Shown: positions 10,069 through 19,411 of the stretch, one piece after another
How positions within the stretch are numbered: position 1 is the stretch's first letter
Layout of the letters: every line of letters begins with the position of its first letter
Source: a bacterium
GTDB lineage: Bacteria; UBA8248
Direction: 5' to 3'
DNA: 64,000 nucleotides
Assembly: GCA_965221165.1 (NCBI GenBank)
Contig: CBDCRP010000003.1
Span: 192,001 to 256,000, forward strand
Notes under the pieces: generated by a model
Told to the model about the DNA's origin: nothing
Seen by the model: the letters and a program-made list of their open reading frames with translations, nothing else
The model's database searches: none
Made by a program: the position numbers and the translations under genes

Positions 10069-11121
10069 TTATACGCCCTCGATGACGACGGAGTGGCCAC
10101 CTTTCGGTCCCTTGGTGACCTCGCCGACAACCATGGCTTCTTCGCCCGTATTTTTCAAACATTCAAGCAAAGATTCGGCCCGCTCCTCTCTCACGAGAAA
10201 GACAAGGCCCAAACCCATATTGAAAGTGCGATACATCTCCGCGCTCTCAACCGGGCCAATCTCTTGAATCAATGGAAAAATTTTCGGCACAGGCCATTTC
10301 CCGGGATACAATTTGGCTTGCAAATCATCCGGAACCAGACGGCTCACATTTCCTGGAAGACCGCCTCCCGTGATGTGCGCGATTCCGCTTAGCCCCTCTT
10401 CCCCTCTGGCGGAGCGCACCGCTTTGGCGTAAATCCGGGTCGGCTCCAATAAAACATCTTCAATGGGAGCGCCCAGCCTTCGCGCCGCTGCATCTCGTTT
10501 TTCTTTTGATTCAAATATCTTCCGCACGAGGGAATAGCCGTTGCTATGGATTCCCGAGGAAGGCAGCGCGAGAATAATATCGCCTGCTTCCACAGGTGTT
10601 CTATCGTTCAATCGCTTTCGTTCAACCACACCCACTGCGAATCCCGCGAGGTCATATGCGCCCGAGCCGTACATGTCGGGCATCTCGGCCGTCTCGCCCC
10701 CGAGGAGGGCGCACCCAGCCTCCCGACAACCCCGGGCAATGCCGGATACGACATCCGTCAGTACGTTTTGGTCAATCTTGCCCGTTGCAATGTAGTCCAG
10801 GAAAAAAAGAGGTTCCGCTCCCGTGGTCAAGATGTCGTTGACGCACATGGCCACCAAGTCAACACCAACGGAACCATGACGCCGGAACTCCTGGGCCAGG
10901 AGCAATTTCGTGCCGACGCCGTCGGCGCCTGAAACGAGTACAGGGTCTTTATAATCCCCGCCGAGGCGGAACAAACCCGCAAAATCCCCCGTCCCTTTCA
11001 GGATACGGCCACTTTGACTCTCATGGGTGGATCTTACGGCTTGGGCAATGGAGCGAACGAAACTCTCGCCCAAATCCACATCGACGCCCGCTCCGCTATA
11101 TGTCAAACGATGGTCACTCAA
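10069..11121 (-). CDS. purM: Phosphoribosylformylglycinamidine cyclo-ligase (AIR synthase)
   Basis: YSGAGVDVD, DGVGTK, VAMCVND, GGETAEMP, SSGIHSNGYS, HITGGG, TFNMGLG. Confidence 0.97.
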   Translation of the reverse strand: MSDHRLTYSGAGVDVDLGESFVRSIAQAVRSTHESQSGRILKGTGDFAGLFRLGGDYKDPVLVSGADGVGTKLLLAQEFRRHGSVGVDLVAMCVNDILTTGAEPLFFLDYIATGKIDQNVLTDVVSGIARGCREAGCALLGGETAEMPDMYGSGAYDLAGFAVGVVERKRLNDRTPVEAGDIILALPSSGIHSNGYSLVRKIFESKEKRDAAARRLGAPIEDVLLEPTRIYAKAVRSARGEEGLSGIAHITGGGLPGNVSRLVPDDLQAKLYPGKWPVPKIFPLIQEIGPVESAEMYRTFNMGLGLVFLVREERAESLLECLKNTGEEAMVVGEVTKGPKGGHSVVIEGV

Positions 11122-11172
11122 AAGCGATGTTCCATGATCTAGTAGGCGGAATCACTCGGAAAGAATTTAAAA

Positions 11173-13305
11173 TCAGGCATGGACTTCCATCAATTTTTTG
11201 ACCAAGGCGACATTATGCCGGTGACCGCTTCTCTCGGCGGTCACTTTTCCTCGAACAGGACGACCGGTTAGATACAGGTCCCCTATCACGTCAAGAATTT
11301 TATGGCGAACGAACTCGTTGGGAAACCGCAATTGGGTATTCACGATACGCGCCTTGTCCACAAGAATGACGTTGTCCCAACGACCGCCCTCGGCCAGGCC
11401 CATTTCCTCGAGCGACTCCAATTCAGAGACAAAGCCAAACGTACGGGCCGGCGCGATTTCTTCCTGAAAACTCAACGCATTTTTATGTTCATACAAGTAG
11501 GATTGCTTCCCGATCGGCCGGGGATAATCGATGAGGTATGAAACCGAAAAAGAATCCGACGGCTCAATGCGAATATAACCCCTTTCATCGCCTGGCTCAC
11601 CTACTTCATAAATTTTATCTACCCATAATTCCTCGCGTTTTTCCTTTTGATCCTCGATTCCCGCTTCTTCAAGCAAGCGACAAAATTCCACCGCCGAACC
11701 ATCCATGACGGGTACTTCCTCACTTATTTTAACGAGGGCATTACTTATCTTATATGCGTGCAAAGCGCTCATGAGATGTTCTATCGTTCGGGCTGTCACT
11801 GCCCCATTGCGCAAGTTCGTCGCATGATTGGTACTATCCACGAAATCGACATTCGCCCTCACGGTCTCGGAACTCGTCAAGCTGCCGAAATGAATCCCGC
11901 TCCCCGGCGGCAAGGGCTCAATTATCATTCCGGTTTTCAGGCCGGAATGAAGCCCCCGTCCATACAACACGACACTCTTCGAGATACTCCGTTGATTTGA
12001 TTCCTTGAGGGTCGCCGGCGCCGGTGATACGGGCTCTATCTTGTATGTTTGAATTTTTCGGTTTAAGGCGGATTCCGTCATACCCACGGCTTGAGCCGTC
12101 TTGCCAATATCCCAACCATGTTCCTCCAAATGGAAAGAAAGATACTGTCTCTCCCATTGGGTTCTGGCCGCATTAAAATTCGAAGGTGCGTCGTTTCCGG
12201 ATGCGTCCGCCTCGAAGGCAGAAACTTCGCGTATCGCATATGGCAAGTGACCGATGCGAATCTCCGCTCCAGGCGACGTATCGGCGGCTTTGGTTACCAC
12301 GCCTTTTAGTTCAGCGATATTGCCTGGCCAGTCGTATTCCTCCAGAAGCGCAATGACATCTTCTGAGAATTCCTTTTTGTTCCTGCTGGCTTCAATGTAT
12401 TCATTCAAAAATTTGTTCGCCAGCGGCGAAATATCTTCTTTGCGTTCGCGCAAAGGTGGCAGGTGTAATACATCGGCATCTATTTTTCCGGACAGAGATC
12501 GCACGTAGGCCTTGTCTTTCGGAGTTCCCATATGATCAACGGATACCATCAATCGTGTCGAATCCTTTGTATGCTTCAGGAATAGAGCAAGAAATTCCTC
12601 GCGCTCCACGATGGGCAACTGCTCCAGGCCATCAAGGTATACCGTCCCCAGAAAAGCAGGGGGGACCAACCGCTCCAGCGTCTCTTCCCATTCGTTTTTT
12701 CGCAGCATCGGGAACAAGGGGCGACAATGAACCGGCCTGAAGCCTCCTTCTTTTCTGGTACCGTTCTCGTGAATCACCCTTGCAATGAAACGCTTGCCGG
12801 TTCCCCTTTCACCTGCAATCATCAAGGGACCAAGATTTTTCGCCGTTCTCCTGATGGCTCGTTGAACCTTTTGAATGCTTTTACTCGCGCCATCAAGCAT
12901 CACATCAACGACATCATTCCCCTGTAGTTCCTTGGCCCTTCGCGCTTGAACAGCAGAGCCGACTATGCGCAAAACCGTGTCAATGGAGAGGGGTTTTTCA
13001 ATAAAATTGAAAGCGCCCAGCTTTGTTGCGGCGACGGCGGTTTCAATATTGCCATGGCCCGACATCAGGACGACTTCGATATCCGCGTTGGACTCTTTCA
13101 CCGCTTGCAAGGTTTTGATTCCATCAATTCCCGGCATCCATACATCGACCAAGACCACATCCGGGGTTTCGGTTCGAACCAACTGAAGCGCAGTTTCTCC
13201 GGACTCGGCTCGCTCCACACGATACCCCTCATCGTGCAAAACATCTTCCAGGCTCGTGAGTATTTCGCGCTCATCATCGACGATGAGGACATGTCCCTTA
13301 TCCAA
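11173..13305 (-). CDS. lpxC: Fusion: NtrX-like response regulator (REC + degenerate sigma54-type AAA+ + Fis-type HTH) joined to LpxC (UDP-3-O-acyl-GlcNAc deacetylase)
   Basis: One 710-aa ORF. REC with D10/D11, D54 (DVWMP), S82, K104 and NtrX-type SGHGNIETAV; AAA+ remnants GERGTGK, LPPLRERKEDI, WPGN; HTH (KTAQAVGMTESALNRKI); from ~aa 438 LpxC motifs QRSI..V...GRGLHSG, TIEHLMSAL, PVMDGSA, IAPARTFGF, RHKILDVIGDL, SGH. Confidence 0.93.
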   Translation of the reverse strand: MDKGHVLIVDDEREILTSLEDVLHDEGYRVERAESGETALQLVRTETPDVVLVDVWMPGIDGIKTLQAVKESNADIEVVLMSGHGNIETAVAATKLGAFNFIEKPLSIDTVLRIVGSAVQARRAKELQGNDVVDVMLDGASKSIQKVQRAIRRTAKNLGPLMIAGERGTGKRFIARVIHENGTRKEGGFRPVHCRPLFPMLRKNEWEETLERLVPPAFLGTVYLDGLEQLPIVEREEFLALFLKHTKDSTRLMVSVDHMGTPKDKAYVRSLSGKIDADVLHLPPLRERKEDISPLANKFLNEYIEASRNKKEFSEDVIALLEEYDWPGNIAELKGVVTKAADTSPGAEIRIGHLPYAIREVSAFEADASGNDAPSNFNAARTQWERQYLSFHLEEHGWDIGKTAQAVGMTESALNRKIQTYKIEPVSPAPATLKESNQRSISKSVVLYGRGLHSGLKTGMIIEPLPPGSGIHFGSLTSSETVRANVDFVDSTNHATNLRNGAVTARTIEHLMSALHAYKISNALVKISEEVPVMDGSAVEFCRLLEEAGIEDQKEKREELWVDKIYEVGEPGDERGYIRIEPSDSFSVSYLIDYPRPIGKQSYLYEHKNALSFQEEIAPARTFGFVSELESLEEMGLAEGGRWDNVILVDKARIVNTQLRFPNEFVRHKILDVIGDLYLTGRPVRGKVTAERSGHRHNVALVKKLMEVHA

Positions 13306-15562
13306 TGGAGGCCGTCCTTTGCTTTCCAGGCGTAATGTCCGCAGTACCTGCCAGTGGCAACGTTACGCGAAAAACAGAACCCGCCGGGTGGTTGTCTCGC
13401 ACGCCTATCGTTCCATTATGGTCTGCCACAATGCGATGACATATAGCCAAACCCAAACCGGAGCCCCTGTTTTTCGTGGAAAAGTAAGGCGAGAATATAT
13501 GGCCTTTCATATCTTCCGATATACCCTGCCCTTGGTCGGCAACTTCAACAAGTATCATGTTTCTGTCCTTATCGCTCCATGCTTGTAAATCTATCTCACC
13601 TTCAACCTCTTGGGATTCGAAAGCGTTTTCCAGCAAATTGATGAATACGCGCTGCAACTGCTCGGGATCCGCCATTACAGCCGCATTCTCCGCATCGATG
13701 TGAATGGAAAATTTCATATTCCCCTTCCTGCCGCGATATAAATTCACAACATCCTCAATGAGAGCAACAAAACCGCAAAGCCTTAAGCGGGGTTCCGGCA
13801 TTCGCGCGAAGCTACTGAATTCATTTACCATTTCAATCAGACTCGTCACTTGATTGATGATGGTATCCGTGCAAGATTCAAATACATCTGCAAAATCATA
13901 TGCGTCACTTTCGAATTTCCTTCTCATCCTCTGTGCGGAGAGTTGAATAGGTGTCAGCGGATTTTTGATCTCATGCGCGATGCCCCGGGCCACTTCCTGC
14001 CATGCGGCCACTTTTTGAGCCCGTATCAGAGCCGTCATATCGTCAAATACGATGACAGCGCCGAGCCTGCCGCCATCCCCGCTTCTCAGTAGAGTCAAAC
14101 TGGCTCGTAGCGTCAGTACGCGGCCATCAATCATTACCTCCACCTGCTCCGAAGCGCTTTGATTCTCTCGGCCTCTCATAGAGCGCATCAACTGGCGAAT
14201 GGGCTCGAGCTGCGCACTGTCAAAAACCTCGCTGAACATTCGCCCAATGGCGTTCTGTGGTTCAGCGTTCAACAGTTCTCCAGCCGCTTTGTTGAGGATG
14301 GTGACGCGTCCCCGGCGGTTGATGGATATCACGCCGGCGCCGATATTTTCGAGCATCGCTTCCATATATCTGCGTCTTCTGTCAATTTCCAAGTTGGTGC
14401 GGCGCAGAGTCTCGGAGGACTCTTCGATTTTCTCCTTGTTGGCCGACAATTCTTCCGTCATGCTGTTGAATGCGCTAACCAATATCCCGACCTCGCCATC
14501 CGCTTGCGCGTCCACGCGATGTTCGAGATCGCCATCCGATACCGCTCTGGTGGCTTCCGCCAATTTTTCGATGGGAACCGTGATCCCGCGAGCCAGGTAG
14601 AGGCCAAACCATATGGCGGCGAACAGGATGAGCAGCGTAACCACCAGAAAAGTGATGATATAGTTGGCTTTGATGGGATTTTTCGAGAGTTCCAGTTCTT
14701 TATAACTCACAAAGGAATCCGATATGCCTCTTATCTTCTCAACGAGCCGATAAGACACATTTTTGGATACGACGATGAACCCCACTATTTTTTTTCCAAC
14801 CTTCAAGGGCGCTACACCATGTATGACATCGCCTTTTTCCCAATTCTCCACGCTTGAGCGCGATTCCCCGTCAATCACCTGATCTATGTATCCCACCAAA
14901 GGCGAGAACTTCACGGCCTCCGCCAAACCCGGACGCTTGACCGATACGATCTCCTTTCGATCCTTATCGTAGAGTAGGATGAAATCTACGCCCAAACTCT
15001 TTCGCTCCGCCTCCAATGTTTTTTCAATCGTTTTGGGGTTTTCCGAAATACCGGGGTACTTCTTTTCCAGCATAAGCGCCAGTCGGCTTGCACTGAACAG
15101 CGCGTTTCTCTCCACCTCGCGATAATAGGTCTGGGCTACTTCGAACGATCCCTTGAGCGCGCGCTCCACATTCATGTTGAACAAGGCGTTAAAACTTTGG
15201 TTAATCAAGCCGCTGGCCACCACAAAAAGAGCCACAACCGGGATCAGCGTAAATCCGACAAAAGCCAATATGAGTTTTAATTGCAAGCGTGAACGACCGA
15301 TGCCCGCTCTTCCCTCGTAATAAAGGCGCGCCAGGTTCTTCGCCACCAGGAGGATAACCACCATGAGGAGAATGATGCTCAGGTTCACGAGCGCAAATAC
15401 AACCACATTGTTCAGCAGAGGGACTCCCGGCTCGAGTTCCTTGAAGTAAATCCAAGCCGTAAACGAAAGAGTCGCAATGGCGATCAAAGCGATAAAAGAG
15501 CGCAGGAGTGTCTTTCGTCGGCGTGCAGAAATTTCTTCCTGGTTCAGGTGCTTTGGATACAC
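13298..15562 (-). CDS. ntrY: NtrY-like membrane sensor histidine kinase (TM-periplasmic-HAMP-PAS-HisKA-HATPase)
   Basis: Multiple N-terminal TMs, HAMP (ITVPIEKLAEAT..VSDGDL...FNSMT), PAS, H-box AWQEVARGIAHEIKNPLTPIQLSAQR, N/G boxes NLLENA, DQGQG, FSTK, GSGLGL; 8-nt overlap with the regulator-LpxC gene. Confidence 0.9.
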   Translation of the reverse strand: MYPKHLNQEEISARRRKTLLRSFIALIAIATLSFTAWIYFKELEPGVPLLNNVVVFALVNLSIILLMVVILLVAKNLARLYYEGRAGIGRSRLQLKLILAFVGFTLIPVVALFVVASGLINQSFNALFNMNVERALKGSFEVAQTYYREVERNALFSASRLALMLEKKYPGISENPKTIEKTLEAERKSLGVDFILLYDKDRKEIVSVKRPGLAEAVKFSPLVGYIDQVIDGESRSSVENWEKGDVIHGVAPLKVGKKIVGFIVVSKNVSYRLVEKIRGISDSFVSYKELELSKNPIKANYIITFLVVTLLILFAAIWFGLYLARGITVPIEKLAEATRAVSDGDLEHRVDAQADGEVGILVSAFNSMTEELSANKEKIEESSETLRRTNLEIDRRRRYMEAMLENIGAGVISINRRGRVTILNKAAGELLNAEPQNAIGRMFSEVFDSAQLEPIRQLMRSMRGRENQSASEQVEVMIDGRVLTLRASLTLLRSGDGGRLGAVIVFDDMTALIRAQKVAAWQEVARGIAHEIKNPLTPIQLSAQRMRRKFESDAYDFADVFESCTDTIINQVTSLIEMVNEFSSFARMPEPRLRLCGFVALIEDVVNLYRGRKGNMKFSIHIDAENAAVMADPEQLQRVFINLLENAFESQEVEGEIDLQAWSDKDRNMILVEVADQGQGISEDMKGHIFSPYFSTKNRGSGLGLAICHRIVADHNGTIGVRDNHPAGSVFRVTLPLAGTADITPGKQRTASIG

Positions 15563-15565
15563 GAC

Positions 15566-16171
15566 TCACATTCCTTTAGAACCAAATGTGTCCGAATGGC
15601 TCCAATCAGAGTTTTCCCCCCAAAAAGCGAGTAAGTAATTGAAGGGAAAAACAAAATCCACATGATTCAACCGCGCTCTGATTTTGACATAATATTCACT
15701 GTTTTGGGACAACGCTTTGCCGGAAACAATGGGCGCGCCGTTCAATTCGCGCATCCAGTCCATCATCTCACCTTCGCTCTTGGTCACTTTTCTCTCAATG
15801 TCTTTCGCATCTTCTTTGATAAGAAAAGTGTAGGTTTTTTTCAGCGCGCTATATTTCACCTGGTGATGAAATTGCCGTGAGGAGACTTCCAAGTCATAGA
15901 TCAGCTTGCGGGAACGGAGGAGACTTACATCAAAGATGAACTTGGTCGTCACACCACTATGGATGGCTTCCAACAGTTTTGGCGAAAACGCACCCAATAG
16001 TGAACCAAAAACAAGCAACTCTCCATTCTTCTCAACAACGATGACATCTTTTATTCGAATTTCATCCGGGTCGTCCGTTGCGGAGAGCGCCGGACCCGCC
16101 AGAACGAAGAACCCGCAGATGGCTATGATTAACTTCCTCAGAACAAATGTTTTCTTGGCGTCAGATAACAT
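15566..16171 (-). CDS. Exported protein, DUF4390-like
   Basis: Signal-peptide-like N-terminus; L.EAIHSGV...F.F.V.L, VKY..LKKTY, YYVKIRA pattern; position directly upstream of ntrY-ntrX is typical of DUF4390. Confidence 0.7.
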   Translation of the reverse strand: MLSDAKKTFVLRKLIIAICGFFVLAGPALSATDDPDEIRIKDVIVVEKNGELLVFGSLLGAFSPKLLEAIHSGVTTKFIFDVSLLRSRKLIYDLEVSSRQFHHQVKYSALKKTYTFLIKEDAKDIERKVTKSEGEMMDWMRELNGAPIVSGKALSQNSEYYVKIRARLNHVDFVFPFNYLLAFWGENSDWSHSDTFGSKGM

Positions 16172-16196
16172 AAGTTCCCCTCATCCTTTAAGCTCA

Positions 16197-16225
16197 ATGC
16201 TACCGGATAAGATAAAAGCCCTCAA
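16197..16225 (-). promoter_or_regulatory. Putative sigma70 promoter for the DUF4390-ntrY-ntrX/lpxC unit
   Basis: TTGAGG-N17-TAGCAT on the minus strand, ~25 nt upstream of the ATG at 16171. Confidence 0.45.
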
Positions 16226-16305
16226 TCCCTCTTTTGCTTCCCTGTCCTCTCGCTTTTATTCACCAAACGCAACCAGATGCACGCCGGGGTCTCCAGGCGT
16301 CTTTC

Positions 16306-18987
16306 TTACTCTTCTCCACTCTCCATGAGCTTTCGTAGTTCATATAGAGCTTCGAGGGCTTGGCGAGGCGTCATGGCATTCGGGTCGAGATTTTTCAACG
16401 CTTCTTCGACCTGCGATTTCGCACGTGAAAACAAGGGCAATTGTCCATTTCCCCGGTTATTTTCCAAAAAAGATTTTTCCCCGCCAGAGCGGGACATAGT
16501 CTCCACATTCTCGAACTTGGACAATAGGGTCTTCGCCCGGTCTATGACCTCTCCGGGAAGTCCCGCTAGCCTTCCTACGTGAATGCCGTAGCTTCTATCG
16601 CAACTGCCATCGGTCACCTTTCGCAAAAAAACGATTTCATCGCCCCATTCACGAACTTCGACCGTCAAGTTTTTTACACAGGCGAGTTCTTTCGAGAGTT
16701 CGGCCAACTCATGGTAATGGGTCGCGAACAAGGTCCTCGCCCGGTGGCGAACCTGATTATGAAGATACTCCACAACCGACCAAGCGATGCTTACTCCATC
16801 GTAAGTGCTAGTGCCGCGTCCCACCTCATCCAACACAATAAAACTGCTCTGCGTCGCCTCTCTCAATATAGTGGCCGTCTCCACCATCTCCACCATGAAA
16901 GTGCTTTGACCCTCCAAAAGTCGGTCATGCGCGCCCACACGTGTGAACACCCTGTCGACCAAACCGATTTTCGCGCTCTTCGCGGGCACGAAGCTGCCAA
17001 TTTGCGCCATTAAAATGATGAGCGCCGATTGACGCAGGTAAGTGGATTTTCCGGCCATATTCGGCCCTGTGATGATGAGTATTTGGCGATCATCGTGAAT
17101 GAACAAATCATTCGGTACGAAGGGGACGCCAGGGTGCTGCGCCTCCATGACGGGATGCCTGCCTTCAATGATTTCCAGATCCGTAGAATCTGTTATTTCT
17201 GGTCTGACGTATCCATATTTGCGCGCAACGAGCGCCAGGGACAAAACCGCATCGAGAAGCGCTATCTTCTCCGCAGCGGCGAGTATACGCCTGGCATGTT
17301 TCGATATTTCCGCTCTCAAGCGTCCAAAGAGCATGAACTCGAGATGATGGGCTTTCTCTTCCGCGCCAAGAATATCTTCTTCCATCTTCTTCAACTCGGA
17401 AGTGATGTATCGCTCTGCGGAAACGAGGGTCTGTTTACGCGTATATTCTATCGGCACCTGCTCACTGAAGCGTTTGGTGATTTCGAGATAATACCCAAAA
17501 ACGCGATTAAAACCGATTTTCAGAGGCAGCCCGGTTCTTTCTTTTTCCTTGCTTTCATAATTCTTCAGCCACGTATCGCCCTCCCGCTGCGCCTTTCTCA
17601 ATTGAGCGAGTTCCTGGTCATATTCAGCACGAAAAATTCCACCCTCTCGAATCGAAAGTGGCGGCTCATCCACTATCGCGTTCTTCAGTTTCAACGCCAC
17701 ATCTTCGAGAGAATCCCACCCCGTCAAGACGGAGCGAAACAACCCTGAATCCGTTCCCTTTATCGCCTCACAAACCCCTGGCAACATGGCCAAAGACGCG
17801 CCGAGCCCCGCCAGGTCCCGGGCATTCGCAGTTTGAGAACCGACGCGACCGAGGAGGCGCTCGATATCCTGTATGGGCCCAATGGTGTCTTTGAGCATTG
17901 TCAGGATCTCGGAATTATCCACGAGTTCCTCTACGGATTCGGCGCGATAATCGACGGCCTCTTTTTGAATCAAAGGCGAAAGGACCCATTTTTTCAGCAG
18001 ACGTCCCCCCATGCCCGTCAGCGTCTCATCCAACAAGCCCAGCAAAGTACCCTTTTTCCCGCGAGCCACGGCAGAACGGGTGAGTTCTAAATTGCGCAAC
18101 GTGGCCGCATCGAGAATCATCGTGTCCGAGAGGCGGGAGAAAAACACCGGTTTGAGATGGGGAAAATCACCAGGCTGATTTTCTTTGAGATACGTCACGA
18201 CCCCCACGGCGGAATCCACCGCCGCCGGATTCGCCAGGAGATTCGCCTCGTCGGGAAATATGGCGTCCATGCCTTTGAAATCAAGCGGCTCATAAAAAGT
18301 AGCAGCCGGTCTTTTTTCAACATGAATGCCCAGTTCATCAAATTTGCTTTTCAACGCATCGGACGGAGAAAACGCATCCGGCAAGACGAGTTCGTGAGGA
18401 GAAAGTCTCTCCAATTGGTTGCAAATGAGCGTCTCGGCGGCGTCGCCCTCCGCCTGGGTTGCAGAAAATTCACCGGTGGAACTATCGAGCCATGCCATCC
18501 CCCAAAGCGCCTCTCCTTCTCGCATCGACACGGTGATCCCCGCCAGGTACTGGGATTCCTTGCTGTCAAGCAGTTCGAGATCGGCAATCGAGGTGCCCGG
18601 GGTCAGGACGCGCGTCACCTCTCGCCTCACAACTCCCCTGCTTTCTCCCGCATCTTCCACCTGCTCGCATATGGCGACTTTATGGCCCGCTTGCAGCAAT
18701 CGGCCGCAATAAGAGGATGCCGAATGACAAGGCACGCCGCACATCGGGATAGGCCCTTTGTCATCGCTCTGGCGCGACGTCAACGTGAGCTCCAGTATTT
18801 TCGCCCCGAGCTTTGCGTCTTCGTAGAACATCTCGAAAAAATCACCCAGTTGAAAAAACAGCATCGCATCCGGGTAGCGTCTCTTCATTTCCAGATATTG
18901 GCGCATTGCAGGAGATGGACCACGGGCCTTGGCCCCTGATGTATTTTTTTCTTTTCCGGCTCTAAGGGTGCTTCTGGGGGGAGACAT
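16306..18987 (-). CDS. mutS: DNA mismatch repair protein MutS
   Basis: PAMRQY, GDFFEMF, PMCGVP, ITGPNMAGKSTY, STFMVEM, DEVGRGTSTYDG, ATHYHEL, SYGIHV. Confidence 0.97.
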   Translation of the reverse strand: MSPPRSTLRAGKEKNTSGAKARGPSPAMRQYLEMKRRYPDAMLFFQLGDFFEMFYEDAKLGAKILELTLTSRQSDDKGPIPMCGVPCHSASSYCGRLLQAGHKVAICEQVEDAGESRGVVRREVTRVLTPGTSIADLELLDSKESQYLAGITVSMREGEALWGMAWLDSSTGEFSATQAEGDAAETLICNQLERLSPHELVLPDAFSPSDALKSKFDELGIHVEKRPAATFYEPLDFKGMDAIFPDEANLLANPAAVDSAVGVVTYLKENQPGDFPHLKPVFFSRLSDTMILDAATLRNLELTRSAVARGKKGTLLGLLDETLTGMGGRLLKKWVLSPLIQKEAVDYRAESVEELVDNSEILTMLKDTIGPIQDIERLLGRVGSQTANARDLAGLGASLAMLPGVCEAIKGTDSGLFRSVLTGWDSLEDVALKLKNAIVDEPPLSIREGGIFRAEYDQELAQLRKAQREGDTWLKNYESKEKERTGLPLKIGFNRVFGYYLEITKRFSEQVPIEYTRKQTLVSAERYITSELKKMEEDILGAEEKAHHLEFMLFGRLRAEISKHARRILAAAEKIALLDAVLSLALVARKYGYVRPEITDSTDLEIIEGRHPVMEAQHPGVPFVPNDLFIHDDRQILIITGPNMAGKSTYLRQSALIILMAQIGSFVPAKSAKIGLVDRVFTRVGAHDRLLEGQSTFMVEMVETATILREATQSSFIVLDEVGRGTSTYDGVSIAWSVVEYLHNQVRHRARTLFATHYHELAELSKELACVKNLTVEVREWGDEIVFLRKVTDGSCDRSYGIHVGRLAGLPGEVIDRAKTLLSKFENVETMSRSGGEKSFLENNRGNGQLPLFSRAKSQVEEALKNLDPNAMTPRQALEALYELRKLMESGEE

Positions 18988-18989
18988 GT

Positions 18990-19388
18990 TTACTCTGCCT
19001 TGGATTCGCGGGGAGATAGGCTCGTCTGAGGCTTGGGGTCAGTTTGCGGCGCGCGCTCATCACGCATGGATGTGGGTTCAATGGTTTCTGGATTTCCCAT
19101 CGGCAGGAGCTTGCCGCTATTCTCCCGCGCCTCATCCAGATTGCTCTCCAACGTCTTTGCTTCGCGCTTCAATTTTCCGATTTGGCTCCTGAACTTCAAG
19201 CGGTCTAATGCCCCGCCAATCCATGCCACCATGAACCCGAATGCAAACACGGCCAACAGAATGTAAAAAAGAGGCAAGTTTATGCTGCCCTGATAATAGG
19301 CAACAGTCACCGGATTCATGTTGATGACACCGAAGCTCGAAATCGCCAATGCCAGTATCAAGCCGACGATGAGTCGAAAACTGCCCAT
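18990..19388 (-). CDS. lapA: LapA (DUF1049)-like inner-membrane protein
   Basis: Two TM helices (..F...N...V.......LP....L..FAFG) followed by a basic coiled coil (RSQIGKLKREAKTLESNL). Confidence 0.7.
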   Translation of the reverse strand: MGSFRLIVGLILALAISSFGVINMNPVTVAYYQGSINLPLFYILLAVFAFGFMVAWIGGALDRLKFRSQIGKLKREAKTLESNLDEARENSGKLLPMGNPETIEPTSMRDERAPQTDPKPQTSLSPRESKAE

Positions 19389-19411
19389 ATCACCACCAAT
19401 TCTAACGGGTT

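Noticed and set aside
11173-11200. C-terminus LMEVHA as an E. coli-type FtsH degron on LpxC
   Set aside because: Lacks the extended non-polar tail of E. coli LpxC; too weak to claim.
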